IMG/VR virus record: IMGVR_UViG_3300024259_002152
Location: 286,867 to 350,866 of that record
Direction: 5' to 3' (one strand)
DNA: 64,000 bases
Shown here: positions 39,232-46,096 of the stretch, in pieces
Layout of the letters: each line of letters begins with the position of its first letter
Position numbering within the stretch: position 1 is the first letter of the stretch
Made by a program: the position numbers and the translations under genes
The notes under the pieces: model-generated
The model's input: the letters and a program-made list of their open reading frames with translations, nothing else
What the model was told of the DNA's origin: nothing
The model's database searches: none

Positions 39232-40242
39232 ATGGAAACTACAATGACTATTGAAGTAAAAAAATTATCGGACATGGATGCTGCTCCTATTCGTAGAAAT
39301 AGGACTTGGTTTAATGACATTGATATCATCTACGGATACAGTCAGTTCCCAGACTATTTGGAATGGGGAATGCCAAAGGGTAAGATCAGCTTATGGGCAG
39401 GAACTGCTGGAGTAGGTAAAAGTCGTCTTTGTATCGATGTTGCTAAGAATTTTAGCACTCGTTATGAGAATGGTAGAGTTCTTTATTTCCAAACAGAATC
39501 GACTATGGAAGATTTTGCTGGATGGGCAAAGGATACTAAGAAGTATGATAATATTGAGTGTTGTGGGGCTAGTGCGATAGAAGATATTATCGATGTTATT
39601 TATCTTAAGAAACCCAAGCTAGTTTTTATTGATAGTGTTAATGAAATTGATGAATTTGAGAATGGTAATAAAAGAGAGGCTCGAAGACTTATTAAGGGAG
39701 AGAATAGTAAGCCAGGATTGAAAAAAGCAGCTAATGATGTTGGTTGTCATATTATTTTGTTAGGTCAAATAAATCAAGATGGCAAGACTATTAAGGGTGG
39801 TACATCTTTACCTCACTTAGTAGATATAGCATTGCATCTTCGTTCCTTATCTCCTGAGGAGGTAAAGGGTTATGTAGGAGAAGCATTATCGGGAATGTTT
39901 AGGATGTCGGTAGGTGAGAAGCATAGACATGGTTCTAAGGAGAATTTTGCTTGGTTCCAGCATCATGATAATGGGGTTAGGCAGTGGTCGATTCGTTCTA
40001 ATGAGAATATTAAATGGCAAGAGACTTTTCATGATGCTCCACCACCTCCGCCTCCTATTGAGCCAGGGCATAATATTGATGGGACTTGGGACCAAAGCTC
40101 TCCTGAGTTTAGAGCTTCATGTGAGGCATATAAGAGAAGTCCTGAGGGTCAGAAATTGATTAGACAGTGGTATAAAGATCATAGTCCTACTGCTTATCAG
40201 AAGATAGGAAACTTCTTTGATGAGATATTTAATAAGAAGTAA
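39232..40242 (+). CDS. RadA/Sms-like RecA-fold ATPase
   Basis: GTAGVGKS, LYFQTE, FIDSVN, GQINQDG, HLVD. Confidence 0.8.
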   Translation: METTMTIEVKKLSDMDAAPIRRNRTWFNDIDIIYGYSQFPDYLEWGMPKGKISLWAGTAGVGKSRLCIDVAKNFSTRYENGRVLYFQTESTMEDFAGWAKDTKKYDNIECCGASAIEDIIDVIYLKKPKLVFIDSVNEIDEFENGNKREARRLIKGENSKPGLKKAANDVGCHIILLGQINQDGKTIKGGTSLPHLVDIALHLRSLSPEEVKGYVGEALSGMFRMSVGEKHRHGSKENFAWFQHHDNGVRQWSIRSNENIKWQETFHDAPPPPPPIEPGHNIDGTWDQSSPEFRASCEAYKRSPEGQKLIRQWYKDHSPTAYQKIGNFFDEIFNKK

Positions 40243-40407
40243 GTTCTTTTTTTACAAGAAGTTAGAAGAAAGTAGAGATTTTTTTAGGAAAGTAGTTGAA
40301 AAGTGAAAGGGAATGGGTATAATCATAGTTATTGATTTTGCCCTCCTCCAGTTTTTGGGGAGAATAGAATTTCTTTTATTTTCCCCAAAAAATTATTAAA
40401 ATAGGGC

Positions 40408-40436
40408 TTGACAGTAGTAAGAGAAAGTAGTATAAT
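40408..40436 (+). promoter_or_regulatory. consensus sigma70 promoter
   Basis: TTGACA-17-TATAAT. Confidence 0.85.
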
Positions 40437-40441
40437 ACAGA

Positions 40442-40578
40442 AGATGTCAAGAGAGCCTTCAAATCGGTCGGCTAGTTTACATTTTTCTCATCTTCTATAT
40501 TGCAGATAAGGATATGAGGAAAGTGTAGTGGTAAGTAGGTCTTCTTTCGAGGGGACTTACTTATCCATTATTTTTTTT
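40442..40578 (+). ncRNA. candidate small RNA
   Basis: Between promoter and terminator; long hairpin; no convincing ORF. Confidence 0.5.
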
Positions 40579-40659
40579 CAAGAAAAAAGAAGGAATTTAC
40601 GATAGTATATAATAACTAGTATGATAATAGTTTTTGTATAAGGAAATTAAGAACTAAGG

Positions 40660-40884
40660 TGAACAAGAGATGACTATCTCAACCAGAAATCCAGTTGTCA
40701 TAAAAACAAGAAGAAAACAGCATACATTTACTGTGCAACCGTTATCGAGTTGTGCATTTATTGGGCAAATGTATGCGGAGATACTCTGGTCTAATCGTCC
40801 TGAAAAGAAAGATGGATCGGGGTAGTCGCTTTTGAATCTATATTCCTCGTTCAAAGGCGACTCTTAAAGGAGTTGCCTTTTTTT
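40660..40884 (+). ncRNA. candidate rod-like structured RNA (6S-like size)
   Basis: Nested 5'/3' complementarity; ends in terminator at 40853-40884. Confidence 0.45.
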
Positions 40885-41039
40885 ATGGTTAAAATGAAAG
40901 GTTAAATAAATGACAAGAGAGCAGAAAGATAGGGAACAGGATATGAAGAATTTCTATTCTCTAGCAAAGAAGTATGGTTTTTATAGTCTTTGTCTATGTG
41001 ATGGAGATTGTGGTAAAGATTGTAGTTGTAAGTAAGTAT

Positions 41040-41111
41040 TACCTCGTAGTGTAATTGGTAACACAATGGTTTTTGGAGCCATTATTAGAGGTTCAAGTCC
41101 TCTCGGGGTAG
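41040..41111 (+). tRNA. tRNA-Gln(TTG)
   Basis: Cloverleaf, loop TTTTGGA. Confidence 0.9.
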
Positions 41112-41127
41112 TTTGAAAAGTAAATAT

Positions 41128-41200
41128 TCCAGGATAGCTCAGTTGGAAGAGCGCTTGATTGTTAATCAAGATGTCGCAGGTTCAAGTCCTGCTCCTGGAG
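41128..41200 (+). tRNA. tRNA-Asn(GTT)
   Basis: Cloverleaf, loop TTGTTAA. Confidence 0.93.
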
Positions 41201-41206
41201 CTTGAA

Positions 41207-41242
41207 CTGTTGCACCGAATGCAACGGTTAGTTCTTTGAAAA
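41207..41242 (+). promoter_or_regulatory. boxB-like hairpin plus boxA-like antitermination element
   Basis: CTGTTGCA-CCGAA-TGCAACGG then GTTCTTTGAAAA. Confidence 0.5.
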
Positions 41243-41371
41243 TTGAATAGGGGTTCCTAGAAGGAACACACAAGTTGTTGTTATGAGTATTAACACATGA
41301 GAGATCTTCGGAGCTATGTTAGTTCGGAGTTTTGAGCTTATATAGCACCGAATTTGATCTCTCATGTTTCT

Positions 41372-41442
41372 AGGGCTATGAATTAACGGAAAATTACCGT
41401 CCTGATATGGCGGGTATATAGGTTCGATTCCTATTGGCCCTA
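41372..41442 (+). tRNA. tRNA-Ile(GAT), atypical D arm
   Basis: Cloverleaf, loop CTGATAT. Confidence 0.75.
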
Positions 41443-41533
41443 TTCTAAAAAAGTTATCTTTATAGAAAATAAAAGAGGATTCCAAAATAGATAACAGAAT
41501 ATAAGGTATATTTATAATTTTTGGAGAATAAAT

Positions 41534-42070
41534 ATGCCTTCTAAAGATAGAGAAAAAGTAAAAGAGAGTAGAAAAAACAATTATGAAAAATATAAAGATT
41601 ATTATTTAGAAAAAAGTAAATATCAAAAAGCAAAAAATAATATTTTTTATTTCGAATATAAGAAAAAATTAAAATGTTCTAAGTGTCCTGAAAATCATAT
41701 ATCTTGTTTAGAATTCCACCACTTAGATCCCAATGAAAAAGAATATACCATTTCTAATTTAAGAACAAAATCTTTGAAAAAAGCTATGAAAGAAATGAAA
41801 AAATGTATTATTCTATGTTCAAATTGTCATAAAAAGGAACATTGGAATGATAATAAAATAGATGAAATGAAACAAAATATTGTTTTATTTGAAGAGAAAA
41901 AAAAGATATCGAAAGAACAAAATAATATTTGTAGAGGTTGTGGCAAGGATAGAGATGAAACTTTATTTGTAAAAAAAAGATGTTTTTGTGAGCAATGTTA
42001 TAGAGATTATCAGAAGGAGAAGATGAGAGAAAGAAGAGAAAAACAATTTAAGCAGGTTGATTGTGAGTAA
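41534..42070 (+). CDS. HNH endonuclease
   Basis: CSKC...LEFHHLDP...LCSNCH. Confidence 0.88.
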   Translation: MPSKDREKVKESRKNNYEKYKDYYLEKSKYQKAKNNIFYFEYKKKLKCSKCPENHISCLEFHHLDPNEKEYTISNLRTKSLKKAMKEMKKCIILCSNCHKKEHWNDNKIDEMKQNIVLFEEKKKISKEQNNICRGCGKDRDETLFVKKRCFCEQCYRDYQKEKMRERREKQFKQVDCE

Positions 42071-42183
42071 GTTATCGATTTTAGGAATCCGAGAATGTAG
42101 GTTCGAGTCCTACTCCCCTGATAACCAGGGGATAGCTTAATTGGCAGAGCGCGAAAAACGCTTATTCCTCCACCATATCTGCT
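42051..42183 (+). ncRNA. Y RNA (YrlA)-like RNA 1 with permuted tRNA module
   Basis: Bulged terminal stem, GTTATCG, T arm - closed acceptor - D arm. Confidence 0.75.
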
Positions 42184-42188
42184 TTTTT

Positions 42189-42262
42189 ACCCGTGTAGTT
42201 TAGTTGGCTAAAGCGTCTGTCCTACAAACAGAAGATCGTTGGTTCGAGTCCAACCTCGGGTA
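42189..42262 (+). tRNA. tRNA-Val(TAC)
   Basis: Cloverleaf, loop CCTACAA. Confidence 0.9.
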
Positions 42263-42263
42263 T

Positions 42264-42337
42264 TCATTAGTAGTTTAACGGGCAAAACACTCCAGCGCTT
42301 ATTGGTAGAGATGATGGTTCGAGTCCATCCTATTGAG
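42264..42337 (+). ncRNA. tRNA-like RNA with irregular anticodon arm
   Basis: Acceptor, D and T arms intact; no 5-bp/7-nt anticodon arm. Confidence 0.65.
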
Positions 42338-42339
42338 TT

Positions 42340-42458
42340 ACACAGGTTGATTGTAGAAGGTTATCGGTCAAAACATTTTTTAAACAAGAATGCACAGTAG
42401 GGTTCAAGTCCTTACACCCCAGTAATGGGTCTTATCTTTTACCACCACATATCTGTGT
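42340..42458 (+). ncRNA. Y RNA-like RNA 2 (T arm plus short hairpin)
   Basis: Same terminal stems and GTTATCG; GTAGGGTTCAAGTCCTTAC. Confidence 0.7.
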
Positions 42459-42461
42459 TTT

Positions 42462-42532
42462 CCCTCGTTGGTGTAATGGAAGCATAGGACATTGTCGATG
42501 TTCAGGCAGCGGATCGTTACCGCTACGAGGGG
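42462..42532 (+). tRNA. tRNA-Asp(GTC)
   Basis: Cloverleaf, loop TTGTCGA, atypical T loop. Confidence 0.82.
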
Positions 42533-42537
42533 TTTAA

Positions 42538-42621
42538 GGGAGTCCGCCAAAGCGGGAGAGTTGGGACAGGTTGTAACCCTGTTGTCGAAAGACTGAGTAG
42601 GTTCGAATCCTATGACTCCCA
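42538..42621 (+). tRNA. tRNA-Tyr(GTA)
   Basis: Loop TTGTAAC, long variable arm. Confidence 0.88.
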
Positions 42622-42624
42622 TTT

Positions 42625-42711
42625 GGAAGAGTTGGCAGAGTTGGCATGCCGAGCTGATTGCTAATCAGTCCTGCCTTCGGGGCAGTGCAGGATCGTCCCC
42701 TGTCTCTTCCG
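42625..42711 (+). tRNA. tRNA-Ser(GCT)
   Basis: Loop TTGCTAA, long variable arm, atypical T loop. Confidence 0.82.
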
Positions 42712-42717
42712 TTCATT

Positions 42718-42812
42718 GGATAGCGTGGTAACTATTGGTAGGTTACACTAGTCTTGAAAACTAGGTTCCCTTTCACAAAAGGGGAATAAGAGTTCGATTC
42801 TCTTCCTATCCG
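42718..42812 (+). tRNA. tRNA-Ser(TGA)
   Basis: Loop CTTGAAA, long variable arm. Confidence 0.88.
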
Positions 42813-42814
42813 TT

Positions 42815-42945
42815 AAGAGATCATATGGTGGAATTGGTATACACCTCTCCTATGCAGGGGAGCTTGATTGCGTTCAAGCGGTTTGATTCCGAAAATAGGT
42901 TGGATTCCTATATTAATACTGGTTCGAGTCCAGTTGTGATCTCTT
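42815..42945 (+). ncRNA. tRNA-like RNA with four hairpins between D and T arms
   Basis: 11-bp terminal stem, Leu-type D arm, canonical T arm. Confidence 0.7.
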
Positions 42946-42950
42946 ATTAC

Positions 42951-43023
42951 GGCGGTATAGTATAGTTGGTTAAAACATTCCTTTCATACGGGAAAGTCCC
43001 TGGTTCGATCCCAGGTATCGCTA
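42951..43023 (+). tRNA. tRNA-Met(CAT) (elongator or Ile2)
   Basis: Loop TTCATAC. Confidence 0.88.
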
Positions 43024-43054
43024 TTGTTAAAAACAAGTATGTAGCACCGAATAA

Positions 43055-43125
43055 GGCCCATTAGTTTAGTGGTAGAACGGTAGGTTTTCAGCCTATTAGC
43101 AGGGGTTCGACTCCCCTATGGGTCA
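43055..43125 (+). tRNA. tRNA-Glu(TTC)
   Basis: Loop TTTTCAG. Confidence 0.9.
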
Positions 43126-43131
43126 GTTTTT

Positions 43132-43203
43132 GCTCCTATCGTCTAGTGGTTAGGACATCTGGTTCTCAGCCAGAAAACGTGAGTTCGATCCTCATTAGGA
43201 GTA
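43132..43203 (+). tRNA. tRNA-Glu(CTC)
   Basis: Loop TTCTCAG. Confidence 0.92.
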
Positions 43204-43400
43204 TTTTCCCAAGTTTTTTCTCTGGTTTGACCACTCTAACTTTTTACTACTAAAAGGATTAGAGCGGCGAGTAAAAAACCTCATAAAAACTAATAAAAAA
43301 GCAGGAAAAAACTATTGGAAAGTGAAAGAAAAGACGATAGATTATTACTATAGTAACATTGGTTATGATAGTCTTTTACAAGTAAATAGAGAGAGAATTT

Positions 43401-43468
43401 ATACGGGTTGAAGTTTTAAAGTTATCGTTAAGGTCAACAAAATGCTTTTTAACATCCCACATCCGTAT
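43401..43468 (+). ncRNA. Y RNA-like RNA 3 (minimal, stem only)
   Basis: ATACGGGTTG/CACATCCGTAT plus GTTATCG. Confidence 0.65.
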
Positions 43469-43482
43469 TTTTAGAACAAGCA

Positions 43483-43720
43483 TGTGGGTTGATTGATGTC
43501 GGTTATCGATTATTCTATTTTTAATGCGTGTAAGAATCGAAAAAGCGAATCAGGTAACAGTCAAGTTGAGATAACGCCAATCGATATATTTGACGGGAAG
43601 ACTGGCTAGTTTTGAGAGAACCAGGTTGAAATATACTAATGGCTATGCACTTGAAATTTCCTAAGACAATGATTTTTAGCTCAATAACAGAGCGTTTCCG
43701 ATTTCTTCCACACATCCACA
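43483..43720 (+). ncRNA. Y RNA-like RNA 4 (long insert, D-arm remnant)
   Basis: TGTGGGTTG/CACATCCACA plus GTTATCG; TAGCTCAATAACAGAGC near 3' end. Confidence 0.65.
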
Positions 43721-43730
43721 GGCGTTTTTT

Positions 43731-43805
43731 TGTCGGGTAGTTTAAGCATAAAATGGCCACCGTAAGGTGGTTGATGGTAGGTGAGATGCCTGCCCCCTGA
43801 CACCA
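43731..43805 (+). ncRNA. tRNA-like RNA, anticodon loop replaced by GNRA tetraloop, ends CCA
   Basis: GGCCACC-GTAA-GGTGGTT arm. Confidence 0.7.
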
Positions 43806-43906
43806 TATTGGGTAGTTTAAATGTAAAATGCCTGACAAGGACCATAGGTAACCATTCCGTGGTCAAGTTCAGGAGATGATAGGATCAATGCCTATCCCCG
43901 ATGCCA
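43806..43906 (+). ncRNA. tRNA-like RNA with extended anticodon arm, ends CCA
   Basis: CCTGA...TCAGG encloses GACCAT/GTGGTC helix. Confidence 0.7.
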
Positions 43907-44013
43907 TTGGGTAGCTTATAGGTAAAGCAGTTGTTGAGTTATATCTCGATTTATAGTGTTGAGATAATATGACTTAATAACAGAAAAGGCGGTTCGATTC
44001 CCCTTCCCGATAT
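43905..44013 (+). ncRNA. tRNA-like RNA with about 20-bp anticodon arm
   Basis: GTTGTTGAGTTATA/TATGACTTAATAAC plus TCTCGA/TTGAGA. Confidence 0.7.
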
Positions 44014-44102
44014 TGCGGGGTTGAGTAGTCCGGCTTAACTCACGGGTCTCATAAGCCCGTAGATCCTTCAAGATCTCGGAGGTTCAAATCCTCCCCCCGC
44101 TA
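44014..44102 (+). tRNA. tRNA-Met(CAT), initiator-like, long variable arm
   Basis: T1:T72 mismatch, loop CTCATAA, T loop TTCAAAT. Confidence 0.85.
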
Positions 44103-44159
44103 TTACGAGTATTTTTATACTCATAAACAATGATGCGGCAACGGTTGCCGTGAAGGGAT

Positions 44160-44378
44160 GTGTGTGTTATGGTAAGGTGTTTTACAAAGACCGTTTCAAC
44201 GTACGGAAAACAAATTGGACATGGTGCCGATGGAGAGCCTATCGTTGAGCCCAAACTTCGACTAACAGCCGAAGAGTTTGATGTATCTACGGAAGATATG
44301 TATAAGCTAGAGGGTGCAACTAAGGCAATTTTTGATGAGCGTCTAGCTGATCAGATGAAGAAAGAAATAGATGACTAA
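44160..44378 (+). CDS. hypothetical protein
   Basis: ORF in gap between tRNAs; start uncertain. Confidence 0.5.
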   Translation: MCVMVRCFTKTVSTYGKQIGHGADGEPIVEPKLRLTAEEFDVSTEDMYKLEGATKAIFDERLADQMKKEIDD

Positions 44379-44518
44379 TCTATTTTTATGATGTAGCAAT
44401 TTTTTAGTATTGAAAAAGGTAGTTGTTCGGTATTTTGTGGTGAGTATACACAGATTCTTCAACCATAATTAATCTTAATCTTAGGATATCGACTGGCCAA
44501 CTATCTTTTTCTTTTTTA

Positions 44519-44593
44519 CAGGCCGTAGCTCAGCTTGGTCAGAGCGCCGCATTTGGGATGCGGAAGTCGGACGTTCAAATCGTCTCGGCCTGA
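44519..44593 (+). tRNA. tRNA-Pro(TGG)
   Basis: Loop TTTGGGA. Confidence 0.93.
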
Positions 44594-44629
44594 GTTTTTC
44601 ATTACATAGCACCGAATAGGAGATCTCAT

Positions 44630-44827
44630 ATGATGCCTACTGGTCGCGTTAAATGGTTCAATAAGAAGAAGGGTTATGGTTTTGTAGACCATGAAGGTAA
44701 TGATATCTTTATTCATCATTCTGAGATAGAAGGCACAAATCTTCTTGAAGATAATGATCTTATCACTTTCGATATTGTCGATGGTGAAAAAGGTCTTAAG
44801 GCAAAAAAAATAACTAAAATGGGTTGA
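44630..44827 (+). CDS. csp: cold-shock domain protein
   Basis: [13 protein letters not shown] (RNP1), DIFIHHS (RNP2). Confidence 0.93.
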   Translation: MMPTGRVKWFNKKKGYGFVDHEGNDIFIHHSEIEGTNLLEDNDLITFDIVDGEKGLKAKKITKMG

Positions 44828-44944
44828 TTTAGAGTAGGTTATCGAATTTAACGAAAGGATATGGGTTCGAGTCCCATTGCTCACCTCGGTGAGTATAGCT
44901 CAATTGGCAGAGTTTACATTGTTTATTCTTACTAACACATCCAT
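44819..44944 (+). ncRNA. Y RNA (YrlA)-like RNA 5 with permuted tRNA module
   Basis: T arm ATGGGTTCGAGTCCCAT, TGCTCAC/GTGAGTA, D arm TAGCTCAATTGGCAGAG. Confidence 0.75.
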
Positions 44945-44958
44945 AAGTTATTTTTTAT

Positions 44959-45031
44959 GGGGGCTTAGCTCAGTCGGGAGAGCGATTGCTTTGCAAGCAA
45001 TAGGTCGCAGGTTCGATTCCTGTAGCCTCCA
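44959..45031 (+). tRNA. tRNA-Ala(TGC)
   Basis: Loop TTTGCAA, G3:U70. Confidence 0.93.
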
Positions 45032-45048
45032 CTTTTCATTTCCAGTAT

Positions 45049-45121
45049 GGGCCATTGGTGAAACTGGGATCACACTTGGTTTGCACCCAGGAATTACGGG
45101 TTCGAGTCCCGTATGTGTCCA
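45049..45121 (+). tRNA. tRNA-Ala(TGC), bulged acceptor stem
   Basis: Loop TTTGCAC, G3:U pair. Confidence 0.8.
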
Positions 45122-45127
45122 TTTCTT

Positions 45128-45198
45128 GGGCCTATAGTTCAATGGTAGAACGCACTCCTTATAAGGGTGTCACGCAAGTTCAATTCTTGCTAGGCCTA
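45128..45198 (+). tRNA. tRNA-Ile(TAT)
   Basis: Loop CTTATAA. Confidence 0.88.
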
Positions 45199-45202
45199 CT
45201 TA

Positions 45203-45309
45203 GACAGGTTGAATGTGAAAAAGTTATCGTAAGTTCGAATCTTATCTCCCCCTCATTTATGGGGGAGTTGCTCAATGGGAGCGTCTTTTTTTACTATCCC
45301 ACATCTGTC
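45203..45309 (+). ncRNA. Y RNA (YrlA)-like RNA 6 with permuted tRNA module
   Basis: GACAGGTTGAATG...CACATCTGTC; T arm, CTCCCCC/GGGGGAG, D arm. Confidence 0.78.
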
Positions 45310-45315
45310 ATTTTC

Positions 45316-45387
45316 GCCTTCTTAGTTCAATTGGCAGAATACTAGATTTGTAATCTTGAGATCTCAGTTCGATTCTGAGAGAAGGCT
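45316..45387 (+). tRNA. tRNA-Thr(TGT)
   Basis: Loop TTTGTAA. Confidence 0.88.
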
Positions 45388-45391
45388 TCAT

Positions 45392-45463
45392 GGAAAGATG
45401 GTGTAGGTGGTCGCACGCGGCACTGAAAATGCCGAGGTACCAGTTCAACTCTGGTTCTTTCCA
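45392..45463 (+). tRNA. tRNA-Phe(GAA)
   Basis: Loop CTGAAAA. Confidence 0.88.
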
Positions 45464-45540
45464 TTTTTTCCAGACAACGCATTTCTCGAAATGATTATAT
45501 GTAGCACCGAATAAGTTATTTCTTATAGGAGATTTGTTCA

Positions 45541-45795
45541 ATGTTTTTTGCAATAAAATTAGCTCTTATGTTGGTATGGTTGGGTATGGGAGCATTTGGT
45601 TATCATATCTCTTATGAATACCAAATACATCTTTATAGGAGAAAATGGAGTAATAATCAAAATCTCATTCACCTATTAAGAGTGCTCTTAGGTCCTATTA
45701 ATTGGGTTTGGTGTTATTTGACAAGAAAAGGAGAAATGACTTACTGGGCAGATTATCAAAGATCTTCTGCATATGACCATAGGAAAGAAGAGTAG
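45541..45795 (+). CDS. small membrane protein
   Basis: AGGAG RBS, N-terminal TM. Confidence 0.65.
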   Translation: MFFAIKLALMLVWLGMGAFGYHISYEYQIHLYRRKWSNNQNLIHLLRVLLGPINWVWCYLTRKGEMTYWADYQRSSAYDHRKEE

Positions 45796-45800
45796 TTTTT

Positions 45801-45874
45801 AGGTCCATAGCTCAGCTAGGTAGAGCATCTGGCTTTTAACCAGAGAGTCGTGGGTTCGATTCCCACTGGACCTA
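45801..45874 (+). tRNA. tRNA-Lys(TTT)
   Basis: Loop CTTTTAA. Confidence 0.94.
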
Positions 45875-45881
45875 TTAGAGA

Positions 45882-45956
45882 GGGGATGAAGCTTATTGTG
45901 GTAAAGCACCAGGTTCTTACCCTGGGTTCTTGAGAGTTCGAATCTCTCTATCCCCA
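45882..45956 (+). tRNA. tRNA-Lys(CTT)
   Basis: Loop TTCTTAC. Confidence 0.87.
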
Positions 45957-45959
45957 TTC

Positions 45960-46092
45960 AAGGTGGCAGCATGGTAAAGCTGGAATTGACGACACGGCTG
46001 ACGCGAGGGAACCCCTCGATGCGTGGAGATCGACACCCACTTAGATATATGGCTTACCACTGTGTATTGAAAAAGTCAATTCTTTCCGCCTT
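45960..46092 (+). ncRNA. unknown multi-helix structured RNA
   Basis: AAGGTGG/CCGCCTT, GAATTGAC/GTCAATTC, internal hairpins. Confidence 0.55.
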
Positions 46093-46096
46093 TTAT

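Noticed and set aside
43483-43720. tmRNA or group I intron explanation for the long Y-like copy
   Set aside because: I could not identify an Ala-type acceptor/T arm, a tag ORF or a P7 core by eye; an Rfam scan is needed to exclude these fully.
42051-45309. Reading the T-arm-before-D-arm modules as permuted tRNA genes that mature into real tRNAs
   Set aside because: No anticodon stem can be rebuilt from the ends and I saw no bulge-helix-bulge. The shared outer stem also occurs in copies lacking the tRNA module.
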